IMG/VR virus record: IMGVR_UViG_3300033153_002357
Location: 1 to 44,431 of that record
Length of the DNA stretch: 44,431 nt
Source: a virus
Taxonomy: Duplodnaviria > Caudoviricetes
Reading direction: 5' to 3' (one strand)
Positions 25,201-34,806 of this stretch are shown here, in pieces. The translations under genes were made by a program, and so were the position numbers. The notes under the pieces were generated by a model. It was not told where the DNA came from. It did not search any database and saw only the letters and a program-made list of their open reading frames with translations. Position 1 is the stretch's first letter. Every line of letters starts with the position of its first letter.

Positions 25201-26335
25201 TCTTAGCACCTTCGTTTAATTTAGCTCCTTGTGTGTTATTATCTAAGATATCAATCAAATCAGTAAACGCTTCTCTAGCGCTATTCAAACCTTTAACCAT
25301 TATTTTTTGAGAATCTGTTCCTACATTTTTTAATTTCATATCTTTGATTAATGCACTTACTTTATCAGGATCTATTCCTTCTCTTAGATTACCTTCAAAT
25401 AAAATGCTGTTTAGATCTTTCATAAATTTTTCTTTTTCTTGTCTTGCCGATTTATCAAAAATAGTTTTTGCTTCTGGAAAAATCTTATCTGTTTCTCTTG
25501 TAATTCTATCTACTATCTCTCTTGCATTATTAATATCCACAGATCTTAAAGCTTCTTTTAAATTTTCTTCGTCAAACAATTCTTGTGTTAGAGAACCTCT
25601 AGGTCTAAAAGATGCCCCTATGTATTTGTCTAACCATCTTTCAAATTTAGAATTACTATATGCTAAATCTTTTCCTCTTGTTGCTAGAGCCTTGGCGCTT
25701 TTACCAATACCATAAACAAAAGGCGTAGCTAAAACAGACTCAGAAGAAAACTTAAGTCTATTTAATAATTTTCTAGTAGCTTCATCTCTACCACCAATCT
25801 TTTCTTCTCTATCTAAAACTGTTGGACCAGCTTCAAACATGTCTCCAAATGTTCCAATACTTTCTACATCTCCAACAAAAGCTTCACCGGCAGCGCCTCC
25901 CATTACTCCAGCAAAGAATCTTTTGTAGCCGTTCTTATCATTTAGATCAGCAGCTTTGTTCAAAGCATCCATTGTTGCTTTGCTCTTTTTTAATTTGTTT
26001 CCTTTTCTACTTGCCGCTAAAGCTTTAGTAGCCATACCTTTAGCTAATTTAAAACCAGCTGCTCCTGGAATACCAACAGAAACTAATGCTTCTGTTAATT
26101 TACCTATAGCTCTTTCCTCTGCTATCTCTTCAAATGGATTTAATTTATCAAAGAATTCTTCTACATCAGCTGCTAAATTTGTATCTGCACCTAAATCGAT
26201 TAACTCTGCTCCTAATGAAACTACACCTTCGGGTATTTTTAGTAAACCTGATGCAAGGCCTGCAGCTGTAGCTGTGTACCAAGATCTATCGCTATCTTGC
26301 TCTGCTGTGTTGAGAGGTAAAAATGTTTCGGCCAT
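22292..26335 (-). CDS. Large internal virion / DNA ejection protein
   Basis: 1347 aa, Ala/Gly-rich and helical-looking; last large gene of a podovirus-type structural operon; function inferred from position. Confidence 0.7.
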   Translation of the reverse strand: MAETFLPLNTAEQDSDRSWYTATAAGLASGLLKIPEGVVSLGAELIDLGADTNLAADVEEFFDKLNPFEEIAEERAIGKLTEALVSVGIPGAAGFKLAKGMATKALAASRKGNKLKKSKATMDALNKAADLNDKNGYKRFFAGVMGGAAGEAFVGDVESIGTFGDMFEAGPTVLDREEKIGGRDEATRKLLNRLKFSSESVLATPFVYGIGKSAKALATRGKDLAYSNSKFERWLDKYIGASFRPRGSLTQELFDEENLKEALRSVDINNAREIVDRITRETDKIFPEAKTIFDKSARQEKEKFMKDLNSILFEGNLREGIDPDKVSALIKDMKLKNVGTDSQKIMVKGLNSAREAFTDLIDILDNNTQGAKLNEGAKKLQELLKDRVGGWIGGTYRIFEDQGGIFKFFKRYTPTAEANDAAVRFFREEIAKKAGTPLADLAKDPTLYKQQAQDEVDRLILQVSKRKSPTPLQLNEYINKSMEGRPGQDIIAEAIKKEKMPPKVIRELLGEIQDPRYSIFNAITNLSTVARTSSYLNSVAAKNNQVKAAGGRGFFWDNADEGAKAVDQFNTGIDLVNINDTIAKLPGAKNLVSPFSKDAVTTKEISEAILNANNVASGLQGFVRGEGKEGAEQAVSWIYRNLLLFPKGVSQMAKTIFSIPTHLRNMFSAIGFSGANGILFENPAKLAKAFKEGVDVSGLTKLGPNSPRAQEAYRELLELGVVNSQVQIGDLKNLLRDVKFGEQAYNIDNILRPFMSKMKKLGNFFQGKYVAEDDTFKITNYVVELDRLKDQVARGKKANRALITQSADQLQSKFQKAKAAGFKGSYDQFVDDFALKVEAANIVKNTVPNYSFVGPAVRTARLLPIGNFMSFPSEMIRTTTNIVELGLNEMKHSKPTIGSNVLPVVVDAATGQLVKNDNPAYGVGFKRLLGMATFTTAAPIALTEGAAALYDVSKEELEALRRFVPEWSRNSTLIPLRDDDGELRYIDFSHSNAYDVISRPLRTLINNVQDGQLDDSLLLESFVSGIGEASAEIMNPFISESIWTEATADLIVRGGRTREGRRLYTDETSAGDKAAIRFLHLGNALAPSYKQFQRIGNAAFGTPDARGEILDIGPELAGFMGLRPIKVDPLKSMGFKIADYQEGIRNARREFTGGYFGLLKGGPVSANDIISRFYKSNAARFGVQQEMFKDINAALALDVNSFNLENEFKERQISQKSFNDLFDGVFTAYTPSRDIQDKFAEIAEGLGEPNPFLEAESEIFRMVNDMERLSLDGQFNINVNDYLIPEIETPPLPQAVTSATPNPQVITTGQNILNQAQAQQTGLTRLEDILLSPEEKLIRQRNRGMIS

Positions 26336-26343
26336 TTATACTC

Positions 26344-27315
26344 CTACTGACCAGAAGTGAAATCAGAATATAAATCGTCTTCAACTCCATATTTTTCTAG
26401 CAGTTCTCTTCTTTTTTTCTCACGTTGTTTTTTTAATTCTTCATCAATAAAAGTTTTATAATCTTTAGGTGCAGGGGTATCTTTATCCCCTGTATCTTCT
26501 ACCGTAGTTGTATCTGTAATAGTTTCTTGAGCTTTTAAATAATCTCTCCATCTATATTGTCCTGTTGCTTCATCAAAAACTAATTCTTTTGCAATTCCAT
26601 CAGTTACATCAAAATAAACATTGCCTTCTTCTTTCTTACCTTTTTTTCTAATTTTTTCTAAAGTTTTAGAATCTTTGACAATACCTTTGTCTTTGTCTGC
26701 AGGTAATTTATCTTGTATATCTTCTATGTAAGTTGCATGATTTGTAGCGTAACGTCTGTTATTTCTGTAGTCTTCCATTAAAGTTTCTGCTCTTGCAGTT
26801 ATCTTTTCATCTAATGTAAGTGTAGGGTCTTTACCTTCAGCCATTATTCTAGCTCTTTTCTCAGCACTAGATATTTTTTGTCTCTCTATTTCTCTATCCT
26901 TCTCAGCCTCTTTTTCTGCAAAACCTTTTTCTAAACCAAATTGTGTAGCACCTATTCTTAAATTTCTTTCGGCTTCAGCAGCTCTTTGCATTCTCTCAAT
27001 CAAAGCTTTGTTTGGATCTCCTAATTTTGATATTGCATCTGAAAAAGATGTAGCCCCTGCTATTGCAGGTCCAGCTGTTAGTAAATAAGATGTTAACGGA
27101 TCCATACCCACAGGTCCAGTTCCACCTGCTTCTCTAATTGCTTTGGTATATTCTTCAGTATAATTTGGAGTAGTCACTGTCTCTTCAGCAATCATATCTA
27201 GTGTAGGATCTGGATAACCAGCTTTAGCCTGTACTCTATCTGTAATACCAGACATAATACCATTACCGACGTTACCGCCTTTTCTAAACATTGGTCTTTT
27301 AAAAGTTCTGCTCAT
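26344..27315 (-). CDS. Putative internal virion protein
   Basis: MSRTFKRPMFRKGG N-terminus; position in the ejection-protein cluster. Confidence 0.65.
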   Translation of the reverse strand: MSRTFKRPMFRKGGNVGNGIMSGITDRVQAKAGYPDPTLDMIAEETVTTPNYTEEYTKAIREAGGTGPVGMDPLTSYLLTAGPAIAGATSFSDAISKLGDPNKALIERMQRAAEAERNLRIGATQFGLEKGFAEKEAEKDREIERQKISSAEKRARIMAEGKDPTLTLDEKITARAETLMEDYRNNRRYATNHATYIEDIQDKLPADKDKGIVKDSKTLEKIRKKGKKEEGNVYFDVTDGIAKELVFDEATGQYRWRDYLKAQETITDTTTVEDTGDKDTPAPKDYKTFIDEELKKQREKKRRELLEKYGVEDDLYSDFTSGQ

Positions 27316-27316
27316 A

Positions 27317-28174
27317 TTATCTTACTGGCGGATTGAACGCTCTATAAATACCTGCTAATGTTGTTCCAGCTCCTAATGCACTTGTTATTGGGCTTGGAGA
27401 TGGTGTTGTCACCTGTGTTGTTTGACCTGGGTATCCAGATATTAAACTAGTTATACCTGATCCATAAATCTGAGCACCTGTTATCGGTCTTTGTAATCTC
27501 TCTCGCTCCAATTGTTGGTAAGCACCTAGACGCTCTTGTTCTAACCCTCTTCTAAAACCACCAAGAGTTGATAAAGCTCCTACATCTTGTCCCATAAATT
27601 CTTGACCCGCACCAGCTAAACCTAATTGACCGGCTGCTAATTGTCTTTGTTGTTGGAAAGCTTGTTGTGCTGCTTGTTGCGCCTGACCAAAACCTTGTTG
27701 TAATAAACTTGCTTGTAATGCTGCTCGGTTCCTGTCGCTTGCTGCTTGATACTCTGCTCTTTGAACTCCTTCTCTTCCACCACCAAATGCACCTGCACTA
27801 ATAGCGGATGCTGCAAGTGATGGTATACCTTTTGCTGCTTGTACATCAAATTCTCTTAGAGTTGTATCAATAACATCTTGTTGATACGGAGACATAAAAG
27901 CTTGGTAAGCTGTTGGACCAGTTAGTCTACCTGCCGCTGCTTCTGCCCCTGCTGCAGATGTTAAGAATGGTTGATATGCTCCTATGCCTGATACCGCTAT
28001 TTGTTCAGCTCTTTCTTGTAGAGGGTCTATACCCGCTACAAACTTAGGACCATATACTTTTCCTAAATCAGCTGTTTTGTATGTACCTAAAGCATCTTTA
28101 AGTGCGTCTACGTATAATTTAGTTTCAGCTTCTATAAATTTTGGTGGAAGTACTGATGTTGTTGCTGTTGCCAT
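27317..28174 (-). CDS. Putative DNA transfer / pilot protein
   Basis: Ala/Gln/Gly-rich; FMSPYQQDVID, GAFGGGR. Confidence 0.65.
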   Translation of the reverse strand: MATATTSVLPPKFIEAETKLYVDALKDALGTYKTADLGKVYGPKFVAGIDPLQERAEQIAVSGIGAYQPFLTSAAGAEAAAGRLTGPTAYQAFMSPYQQDVIDTTLREFDVQAAKGIPSLAASAISAGAFGGGREGVQRAEYQAASDRNRAALQASLLQQGFGQAQQAAQQAFQQQRQLAAGQLGLAGAGQEFMGQDVGALSTLGGFRRGLEQERLGAYQQLERERLQRPITGAQIYGSGITSLISGYPGQTTQVTTPSPSPITSALGAGTTLAGIYRAFNPPVR

Positions 28175-29148
28175 TATGCTACCTTATTCTCTAATTTTTT
28201 CATTTGGTTATATAATCTTTGAGCTCCTTTTTCAATGTTGCCATCACCCATTCCTCTTACAGCATCAGCTGTCATTACGAATTCGTTCTTGCTCAACATT
28301 GCCGGAACATCATCTGCTTTTTCTTTAATACCAACTGGTACAAAACCACCAGTCTCTCTGTAATCTCTTTCCATAATTCCTGCTTGGTTAGTTCTCATGA
28401 TACCTGTAGGCATTGAACCACCCATTAAACCAACACGTCCTCCTGTAGCTATTGCTTTTCTTTCAAATTCCTGTTTAGCTTCGTCAATTGCTTCTTGTTG
28501 ACTGAAGCCTCTTTCCATAAGCTCTTCTACAAGTCTCATAAATTCTTTTTCATTTTCTTCCATAGAAGCCATTTTCATATCTGTACCTTCAGCCAGTCCA
28601 ACACGTCCGCCTGTTGCATACTCAGAAGTATTTACAGATACAAATTCTTCAACTTCTTCTGGTCTTGCACCTGGATTTAATTTAATGTAACCACTTCTTA
28701 AATATGATTTAAGTGCATCTACATCTTGCGGTATTTCATTTGGATTATCTGTATCTACTCCTGCAGCTTGTAATGCAGCCGCTACTCCAGTTCCTAAAGC
28801 AGCCACTCCTAATGTAGATCCCAAAGTAGAGGGTTTAGTGAACATACCTTTTAAAGCACTAGTGATTCCACCAGTTCTTTCACCAGGCATAACTCCTCTT
28901 TCTCTTCCAAATAATAAATTTGTTGGAATGCTTCTTAGTGCGCTAGTTTGAGGTAACAAACCTTTCATACCAAAAGCTCCTCCAGGTAAACCAAAAGCAC
29001 CTATACCTAAAATGGCAGCTTTACCTAAAGGTGATTTAGCAGCTTTGGCTACACCTTTAACAGCACCCTTAACACCTTTAGCTATAGATTTTACCAGGCT
29101 TCCTAGCCCATACAATTGTCTTGGTTCTTGCATTCTTGATATTGTCAT
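28174..29148 (-). CDS. Putative internal virion protein with repeated ATGGRVG motifs
   Basis: YATGGRVGL, IATGGRVGL; C-terminal GGFV...ADDVPAMLSKNEFVMTADAV. Confidence 0.7.
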   Translation of the reverse strand: MTISRMQEPRQLYGLGSLVKSIAKGVKGAVKGVAKAAKSPLGKAAILGIGAFGLPGGAFGMKGLLPQTSALRSIPTNLLFGRERGVMPGERTGGITSALKGMFTKPSTLGSTLGVAALGTGVAAALQAAGVDTDNPNEIPQDVDALKSYLRSGYIKLNPGARPEEVEEFVSVNTSEYATGGRVGLAEGTDMKMASMEENEKEFMRLVEELMERGFSQQEAIDEAKQEFERKAIATGGRVGLMGGSMPTGIMRTNQAGIMERDYRETGGFVPVGIKEKADDVPAMLSKNEFVMTADAVRGMGDGNIEKGAQRLYNQMKKLENKVA

Positions 29149-29201
29149 AATTTAGCCTAAATTTTATTTAAATGGCAGGCATAGATATCCTGAAATATCA
29201 C

Positions 29202-29230
29202 ACTTTATTTGATTTTTGTCTTATCGTCAA
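29202..29230 (-). promoter_or_regulatory. Promoter TTGACG-N17-TAAAGT for the internal virion genes
   Basis: CGTCAA 29225-29230 and ACTTTA 29202-29207; short CAGG...CCTG hairpin in the leader. Confidence 0.6.
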
Positions 29231-30086
29231 CTGGTTTTGCAGGTGCTGTGCCTTGAGTTAGATCATCAAAAAATCTACCACAATACTGAAACTCACCCAC
29301 ATGAGTGATATAATCCATGATATAGATATATACTTTACCACCCATATCAGTCCATCTTTGACAGAAGCCAAAATCCTCACCAAAATAACGCTTGGTTTCT
29401 GGTTCATGGATCGTGTCAAAAAGGTTATAAAAGTTCTGTTTTTTAACTTCTTTTCCGTTTATATTTGTTGGCTGAAATATCTCTAATTCTGGATGTTTTT
29501 TCATCATATCTTCCAACACTTTTCTTTTAATTAACATACATCCAGTAGGTGCATGTGTTACTTCTACTACGCCATTATCAGATATAATTTTATTTTGATC
29601 TTCTAGTTTTAAAGGAAATGTAAAGCCTCCTTTTCTTAAATCATCAGCAGAGTTTATAGACTGCTTAGTATGCATTCTTCTCCATACCTTATCAAAGTCA
29701 AATGTCTTCATAGGATATGGGCAGGCTATTACATCCTTATCTGCTTTAAGCATTTTCTCTATGGTGCTAAAATTAAAGTCTATATCAGAGTCTATAAATA
29801 AAAGGTGTGTATATCCATCTGCATGATTTAACATTTCTGCTACACATAGGTTTCTACCTTGTGTAACCAGAGAAGATTTCATCAATGTAAAACTAACTAA
29901 TATCTTTCTCATTAGACAATCTTGTTGAAACTTTAAAACTGCTTGGCAGTAATGCATTGAAACATCACTATGCACCGGAGTACATACCATTATTCTATGG
30001 GGTGACTTGTCTTGAGGTGCGCTTAAATCTATTGTTTCTACTTTAGGCTCACTATTGAACCAGATAGGTTGATTAGGATTAGGCAT
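29205..30086 (-). CDS. GT-A fold glycosyltransferase-like protein
   Basis: IMVCTP, SLVTQGRN, LLFIDSDI, PTGCMLIKR, GEDFGFC. Confidence 0.8.
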   Translation of the reverse strand: MPNPNQPIWFNSEPKVETIDLSAPQDKSPHRIMVCTPVHSDVSMHYCQAVLKFQQDCLMRKILVSFTLMKSSLVTQGRNLCVAEMLNHADGYTHLLFIDSDIDFNFSTIEKMLKADKDVIACPYPMKTFDFDKVWRRMHTKQSINSADDLRKGGFTFPLKLEDQNKIISDNGVVEVTHAPTGCMLIKRKVLEDMMKKHPELEIFQPTNINGKEVKKQNFYNLFDTIHEPETKRYFGEDFGFCQRWTDMGGKVYIYIMDYITHVGEFQYCGRFFDDLTQGTAPAKPVDDKTKIK

Positions 30087-31008
30087 TAATTACTCCATTT
30101 AAAAATGTTTGCCATTGTTTTCCTATCTTATTCCAATTGTAATATATGTTTGCGTAATGTGATTGTGACTCCAAATGATTATGTATTTGTTTATCATGTA
30201 TTGTTTTTGAAGCCTGCTCAATTGCAAAGGCAAACTTCTGAGCCAGTGCTCTAAGGTTGTTATCATATGGTACATACATAGGAAACTCAGCACCTGTTTC
30301 ATACAGAGCTCCTAAGTCTGTTGTTATACAATACAAACCTGCTGCCATACATTCCAACAAAGATATACAAAACGTTTCTTCAAATATACTAGGATAAACA
30401 TACATGTGATAATTTTTTAAATTATCTTTTATGTATTGATTTGGTTTATATCCAATGTAGTTTACATTCGGTAATTGTCTTGCCTGCTCATACAGTTCTT
30501 TATAGTTATGATCATTTTGTTCATAGAAACTTTTACCATATACTTCAGTTGATGAGTAAACATCCAATGTAATCAGTGGATTTTTAACCAGCTGCATTGC
30601 TCCTAATAATACCGATAAGCCTCTCCAGGGTGTGTTCTGATGAATAAGACGTATAGGTCTTCCAAGCTGATAAGGCTCTGCCTTCTCTATTTTATCAATA
30701 CCATTCTTTATAACAACAGATCTATTGGTTGGAATATTGAAGTGGTATCTAAATTTTTCATAAGTCCAGTGAGAATTAAAAACATACCAATCATACTTAG
30801 AATGATTTTTGGGATCACTAAACCAAGGAGCTAGATTAGGTTGATCGTAAGAATTCTTTTGCCACAATATATTTTTCTTTGTAGGATGTAATGGAATCTT
30901 TTCTGGTACAGAAGTACATATCTGTACTTTGTCTAATACATTTTTATCTACATACTTTTCTAGGTATTCGAACTGTAACTCAGTTCCACCTTTTGGATCT
31001 TGATTCAT
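30079..31008 (-). CDS. GT-B fold glycosyltransferase (group 1 / GT4-like)
   Basis: PKGGTE, FNSHW, IKNG, PWRGL, YPSIFEETFCISLLECMAAG (E-x7-E). Confidence 0.9.
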   Translation of the reverse strand: MNQDPKGGTELQFEYLEKYVDKNVLDKVQICTSVPEKIPLHPTKKNILWQKNSYDQPNLAPWFSDPKNHSKYDWYVFNSHWTYEKFRYHFNIPTNRSVVIKNGIDKIEKAEPYQLGRPIRLIHQNTPWRGLSVLLGAMQLVKNPLITLDVYSSTEVYGKSFYEQNDHNYKELYEQARQLPNVNYIGYKPNQYIKDNLKNYHMYVYPSIFEETFCISLLECMAAGLYCITTDLGALYETGAEFPMYVPYDNNLRALAQKFAFAIEQASKTIHDKQIHNHLESQSHYANIYYNWNKIGKQWQTFLNGVINA

Positions 31009-31507
31009 TCTTTATTATTCCTTCTATAATTTTGTACGCCATTATCGCTTCTTGCGATGTGTTATAACCAGGACTACTACATACAAAAATTTTGTCAAAC
31101 CTTCTTTTCTCAATAGAATTAAGGCTAAAATCAAATTTAAATGTTTTTATTTTTTCTCTAAACTTTTCGTAATTAGCAAAACCCATATGTTCAGACTCAG
31201 GGTTGCAAACCCATAAATAATTTATTCTTTTAGGAAATGTATTTGTTAAGTGAAACATCCAATTACTTTCCTCTAAAGTAGCATGGATTTTATATGCGTA
31301 ATCATGATGGTGATCTATATTATAGATATTGATTTCTTCAGCGCAGTTTATAGGAAACAAAGGAAATATATCATGGTGATCGTAAGCCAAATGTATTTCT
31401 TCGTGTGTAACTAGTAAAGGAGCAATAAAACTAATTAAATCAGTTAATTGTTTTTTACTGTTAACCCAATCACAATCTACAGACAGAACATCAAGTGTTT
31501 TTTTCAC
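30980..31507 (-). CDS. Putative metal-dependent hydrolase (UPF0489 / arginase-deacetylase-like)
   Basis: LSVDCDW, DHHDI, NIDHHHD, SNW, IFVCSSPGY. Confidence 0.55.
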   Translation of the reverse strand: MKKTLDVLSVDCDWVNSKKQLTDLISFIAPLLVTHEEIHLAYDHHDIFPLFPINCAEEINIYNIDHHHDYAYKIHATLEESNWMFHLTNTFPKRINYLWVCNPESEHMGFANYEKFREKIKTFKFDFSLNSIEKRRFDKIFVCSSPGYNTSQEAIMAYKIIEGIIKNESRSKRWN

Positions 31508-31679
31508 TATCCTTTTTCATAACTTTCTGAAGAACTTCTAAACCTTTCGGCGAAACCTGAACAGTAACATCTTGTGCTATATCAGGGCCCTCTTTCTTCT
31601 CTGTATAAACTTCTCCGGTTCTTGTATTTCTGTATGTGACTACAGTTGTACATTCTATTTTAGGTATATCTTTATCCAT
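31491..31679 (-). CDS. Small hypothetical protein
   Basis: ORF track; overlaps neighbours. Confidence 0.7.
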   Translation of the reverse strand: MDKDIPKIECTTVVTYRNTRTGEVYTEKKEGPDIAQDVTVQVSPKGLEVLQKVMKKDSEKNT

Positions 31680-32007
31680 TTTCTTGAGATCTATCTATCA
31701 AAAGATAGCTCACTTGTCCAGTGATCTCGTTGGCTGTATCTGCTTGTGCCTTTAATACATCACCTTCTTCCATATTAATCACATCTTTTGCTAAATTTTC
31801 TGTAGATTTATTTAATTGAGCATGAGCTATTTCTACATCAGAGCCACCTGATTTTTTTAAATATACATCTACACCAACATTACTAACTGTAGCATGGCTG
31901 GCTTGAACAGCTTTTACAATAGCTACTGATGAAGTATTAATTGTTAGAATAGTTGTAAGATTTGTAGTTGTTAAATCAAATGTTTCACTTTTATAAAAAT
32001 TTGCCAT
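31672..32007 (-). CDS. Small putative virion protein (beta-rich)
   Basis: MANFYK...EEGDVLK...SYLLIDRSQENG; within the structural operon. Confidence 0.7.
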   Translation of the reverse strand: MANFYKSETFDLTTTNLTTILTINTSSVAIVKAVQASHATVSNVGVDVYLKKSGGSDVEIAHAQLNKSTENLAKDVINMEEGDVLKAQADTANEITGQVSYLLIDRSQENG

Positions 32008-32171
32008 TAACTAAAAAACCAGTTTTTCTGGTCCTCCTCATTTCTTAAGTCTTGTTGAAAAGAAAAATTTAATTGTGACTTCATAGTTGTTAAAGACTCA
32101 GTAACTTGTCTTTGATTTTCAACGTCGTATTCTTCTTTTGGTTCTGGTATGTATGCAGTTATCTTGGCCAT
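32007..32171 (-). CDS. Small hypothetical virion-operon protein, 54 aa (MAKITAYIPEPKEEYDVENQRQ...)
   Basis: Hand translation; TAATG coupling at both ends. Confidence 0.8.
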   Translation of the reverse strand: MAKITAYIPEPKEEYDVENQRQVTESLTTMKSQLNFSFQQDLRNEEDQKNWFFS

Positions 32172-32803
32172 TATGATCTAAACGCTCTCTTTGCATCTTC
32201 ATAGGTTGAAGAACTTTTTGGAGTTGAAGTTTTTGTAGGTTTAGATGCTGGTGTTCTAAACGACTCTCTTTGAGACTCAGAGTCCTGATATTTTCCAGTA
32301 GCTGCTCTTAGATCTAATTGTTTTTGAATAGCTGCAGTTTCTCTTAGATTCTTTTGTCTAGCTCTTTCTCTAGCTTCTGCACCTCCATATCTTCTCATAT
32401 CTAAATAGTCCATTAGGTTTTTAGATCTAAAGAAATCACTTCTAGGTATTCTAGATAATGACTCTATACCTCTTCTTGCTAGATTGAACGGAGTAGGAAT
32501 TTTACCCAATACTTCAAGTAGTTTTGCTATTCCTGTTTTAGGTTCAGCTCCAGGTAAATACTGTACCTGTTCTTCATCTTCTTCGTTTGCTACACCATAA
32601 GAAGGATCTATGCCTAAATCTACTAAGCCACCTGTAGGAGCCATTGGGTAAAAAGAGTCTGCGTTTACAGACTCAGGGTATATATCTGAACTTCCATACT
32701 CAGGGTATATCATTTCATAATATTTATTTTGTAAAGGGTTTACTCTTAAGGTGTCTATACCTGTAAAAGTATTTTTAGGTTTTAAAAATGAAAATGGATC
32801 CAT
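32171..32803 (-). CDS. Hypothetical protein (acidic N-half, basic C-half)
   Basis: ORF track; TAATG coupling at both ends. Confidence 0.75.
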   Translation of the reverse strand: MDPFSFLKPKNTFTGIDTLRVNPLQNKYYEMIYPEYGSSDIYPESVNADSFYPMAPTGGLVDLGIDPSYGVANEEDEEQVQYLPGAEPKTGIAKLLEVLGKIPTPFNLARRGIESLSRIPRSDFFRSKNLMDYLDMRRYGGAEARERARQKNLRETAAIQKQLDLRAATGKYQDSESQRESFRTPASKPTKTSTPKSSSTYEDAKRAFRS

Positions 32804-34767
32804 TATCTTCTCCCGTCCGGTTGAGCATCTAGTCTCAACGTTCCATATCTCCAGGTTTGTCCTTCACCTAGATTTTCTATTTTAACTGAAACTAATCTTC
32901 CTCTAGCCCGAGTATCTACCTTATCAGTAGTTGTCTTAACTGTAAAGGGCCCAAGAGGTGAACTAACTGCTACATCATCTGGATAAGAACTAACAAACAA
33001 AGTTATTGTTGCATCTCCAGTTTGATATTTAAAGTCTGGTATAAAACGTCTGACAGCCATAAAGAACTCACCATCTCCTCTGAAATCAGCAACACCTGTC
33101 GAGTCACCTAGTGCACTTTTCCTAGTTGTTATATCCCAATCCCCTGATCTAATAAATGCAGGGATGGCTACAGTGCTTGTACTATTTACTTGGTCAGTTC
33201 CTGTTTCATGTTCATAATAAACAGATGCTCCATATTTATTTGTGATACCTAAAATATCTGGAAAAGTTGGAGTCAAAGTATCATCATAATCTGTAGCGTA
33301 AGGTTTACTAAATACACCTTGATCAACATAACTTGTTCTATCTAAAGAACTTGTTGTCCAAACTTTTTCTGCCCAGTTGTAAGTTACACAACGATCTATT
33401 TGTCCCGAACCTGATTTTGGATAAAACCAATTTACTTCTGTGTATAAATTATTTGGTGCAGAATATACTACATCTCTTGCATCAAAGTTAATTCCAAGAT
33501 TATCTCCGTCTGTACTAAATACAAAATCCTCAACCAAAGAAGGCAATGACTTAACAGTTCCGTCGTATACAAAAAAGCCTCCCTCTGATCCCATCCAGAA
33601 TATAGCTCCGTTTGAGAAGGTGGCGGCGTGTTGACTAATACATCCACAGTTTGTACCAACCTGTCTAACAGAAAATGTAAATGGTGGTCCAACAAACTGA
33701 ATTACATATGCAGCTAAATCAGTTATGACGAATACATAATCTTTACCTTGAAGAGCTGCTCTTATTTCATTTCCTGTATCCAATCTAAATGTACCTGCAG
33801 TGTTTGTAGCTGTTGGTGTATATGTATTTATATCTTCTTGATTAGAAAATCTTATAAACATTGGATCTTGTGTAGACGTATCACCAATTGTTGTTTCAGT
33901 TCCAAAATGAAATAAATGTCTATCCCTATCAGACACCAATGTCATTCTACTTTTTGTAGGATTGTTTGTAGTTTGAAAATTCGTAGTGGTTGTAGATGCT
34001 CTAATTGTTCTAGCATTTGTAGCTCCGGCATTCCATGTAAATGTTCTACCATTAAATATAGTTGCAACTAATACTTGACCAAAGTTATCAAGGCTCCAGT
34101 TGCCTGGATCCAGAATCACGGAACTTGTTGCTCTCGGTGTTCCCCATGTTGATGTGCTCCATGTAGATGTTCCCCAACCAAAACCAACTGTTTGTGTTGT
34201 AGGTCCAACTTCTACATAAGGATTGACAGTTACAGAACCAGCTGCTGTCATTCCAGCACCGCCTTCAGCTCTTACAGCTTGCACAGTAAATTTATCTATT
34301 GTAGGAACAGTTAAAATTTCATAAGCTTTTTCTAATTCATCAGATGTATAATCAGATGCAGCTGTAACAGTTACACCAGACAGAGTTACATATCTTCCAA
34401 CTTCTAATCCATGAGAACCTTTGTCTATAGTTACAATGTCAGATCCATTTACTGTTGTTAAAGTACCGCCAGTAATGGCTGTGTCTAATGGAGTGATATC
34501 AAAAAAATCATTTCCATAGTATAAAAACAAACCTTGTGAAGTTCCAATTGCTGTATATTTTTCTCCAGCAAAACTTGAAAAAGCTACTTGAGCTCTAGCT
34601 GCTCCAGGTAAAGTTAAATCACCAGTTGTAAGTTGATTCCAGCCACCTATTTTTTCAGGTAATCCATATCTAAATCTTACAAAATCACCATCTGTCCATT
34701 GTCCCTCTGCTCCAGATTCGGTTGCTTGCTTGTTAAAACCAGGCTTGAAATTTAATTTTTGTAGCAT
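32803..34767 (-). CDS. Tail / DNA stabilisation protein (P22 gp10- or tubular protein B-like)
   Basis: VRFRYGLPEKIGGW, WSLDNFG, FIRFSNQE, WRYGTLRLD..PDGRR; beta-rich; size and position. Confidence 0.7.
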   Translation of the reverse strand: MLQKLNFKPGFNKQATESGAEGQWTDGDFVRFRYGLPEKIGGWNQLTTGDLTLPGAARAQVAFSSFAGEKYTAIGTSQGLFLYYGNDFFDITPLDTAITGGTLTTVNGSDIVTIDKGSHGLEVGRYVTLSGVTVTAASDYTSDELEKAYEILTVPTIDKFTVQAVRAEGGAGMTAAGSVTVNPYVEVGPTTQTVGFGWGTSTWSTSTWGTPRATSSVILDPGNWSLDNFGQVLVATIFNGRTFTWNAGATNARTIRASTTTTNFQTTNNPTKSRMTLVSDRDRHLFHFGTETTIGDTSTQDPMFIRFSNQEDINTYTPTATNTAGTFRLDTGNEIRAALQGKDYVFVITDLAAYVIQFVGPPFTFSVRQVGTNCGCISQHAATFSNGAIFWMGSEGGFFVYDGTVKSLPSLVEDFVFSTDGDNLGINFDARDVVYSAPNNLYTEVNWFYPKSGSGQIDRCVTYNWAEKVWTTSSLDRTSYVDQGVFSKPYATDYDDTLTPTFPDILGITNKYGASVYYEHETGTDQVNSTSTVAIPAFIRSGDWDITTRKSALGDSTGVADFRGDGEFFMAVRRFIPDFKYQTGDATITLFVSSYPDDVAVSSPLGPFTVKTTTDKVDTRARGRLVSVKIENLGEGQTWRYGTLRLDAQPDGRR

Positions 34768-34806
34768 ATAAACTCTATATATTGAAATAATACAGCATTT
34801 TAAAGC

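Noticed and set aside
22292-29148. Antisense and alternate-frame ORFs (for example 23067-23312, 25344-25715, 25956-26360, 27984-28328)
   Set aside because: Shadows of long real genes caused by codon bias; the same applies to 1062-1280, 4279-4575, 8604-8885, 13767-14009 and 42071-42376
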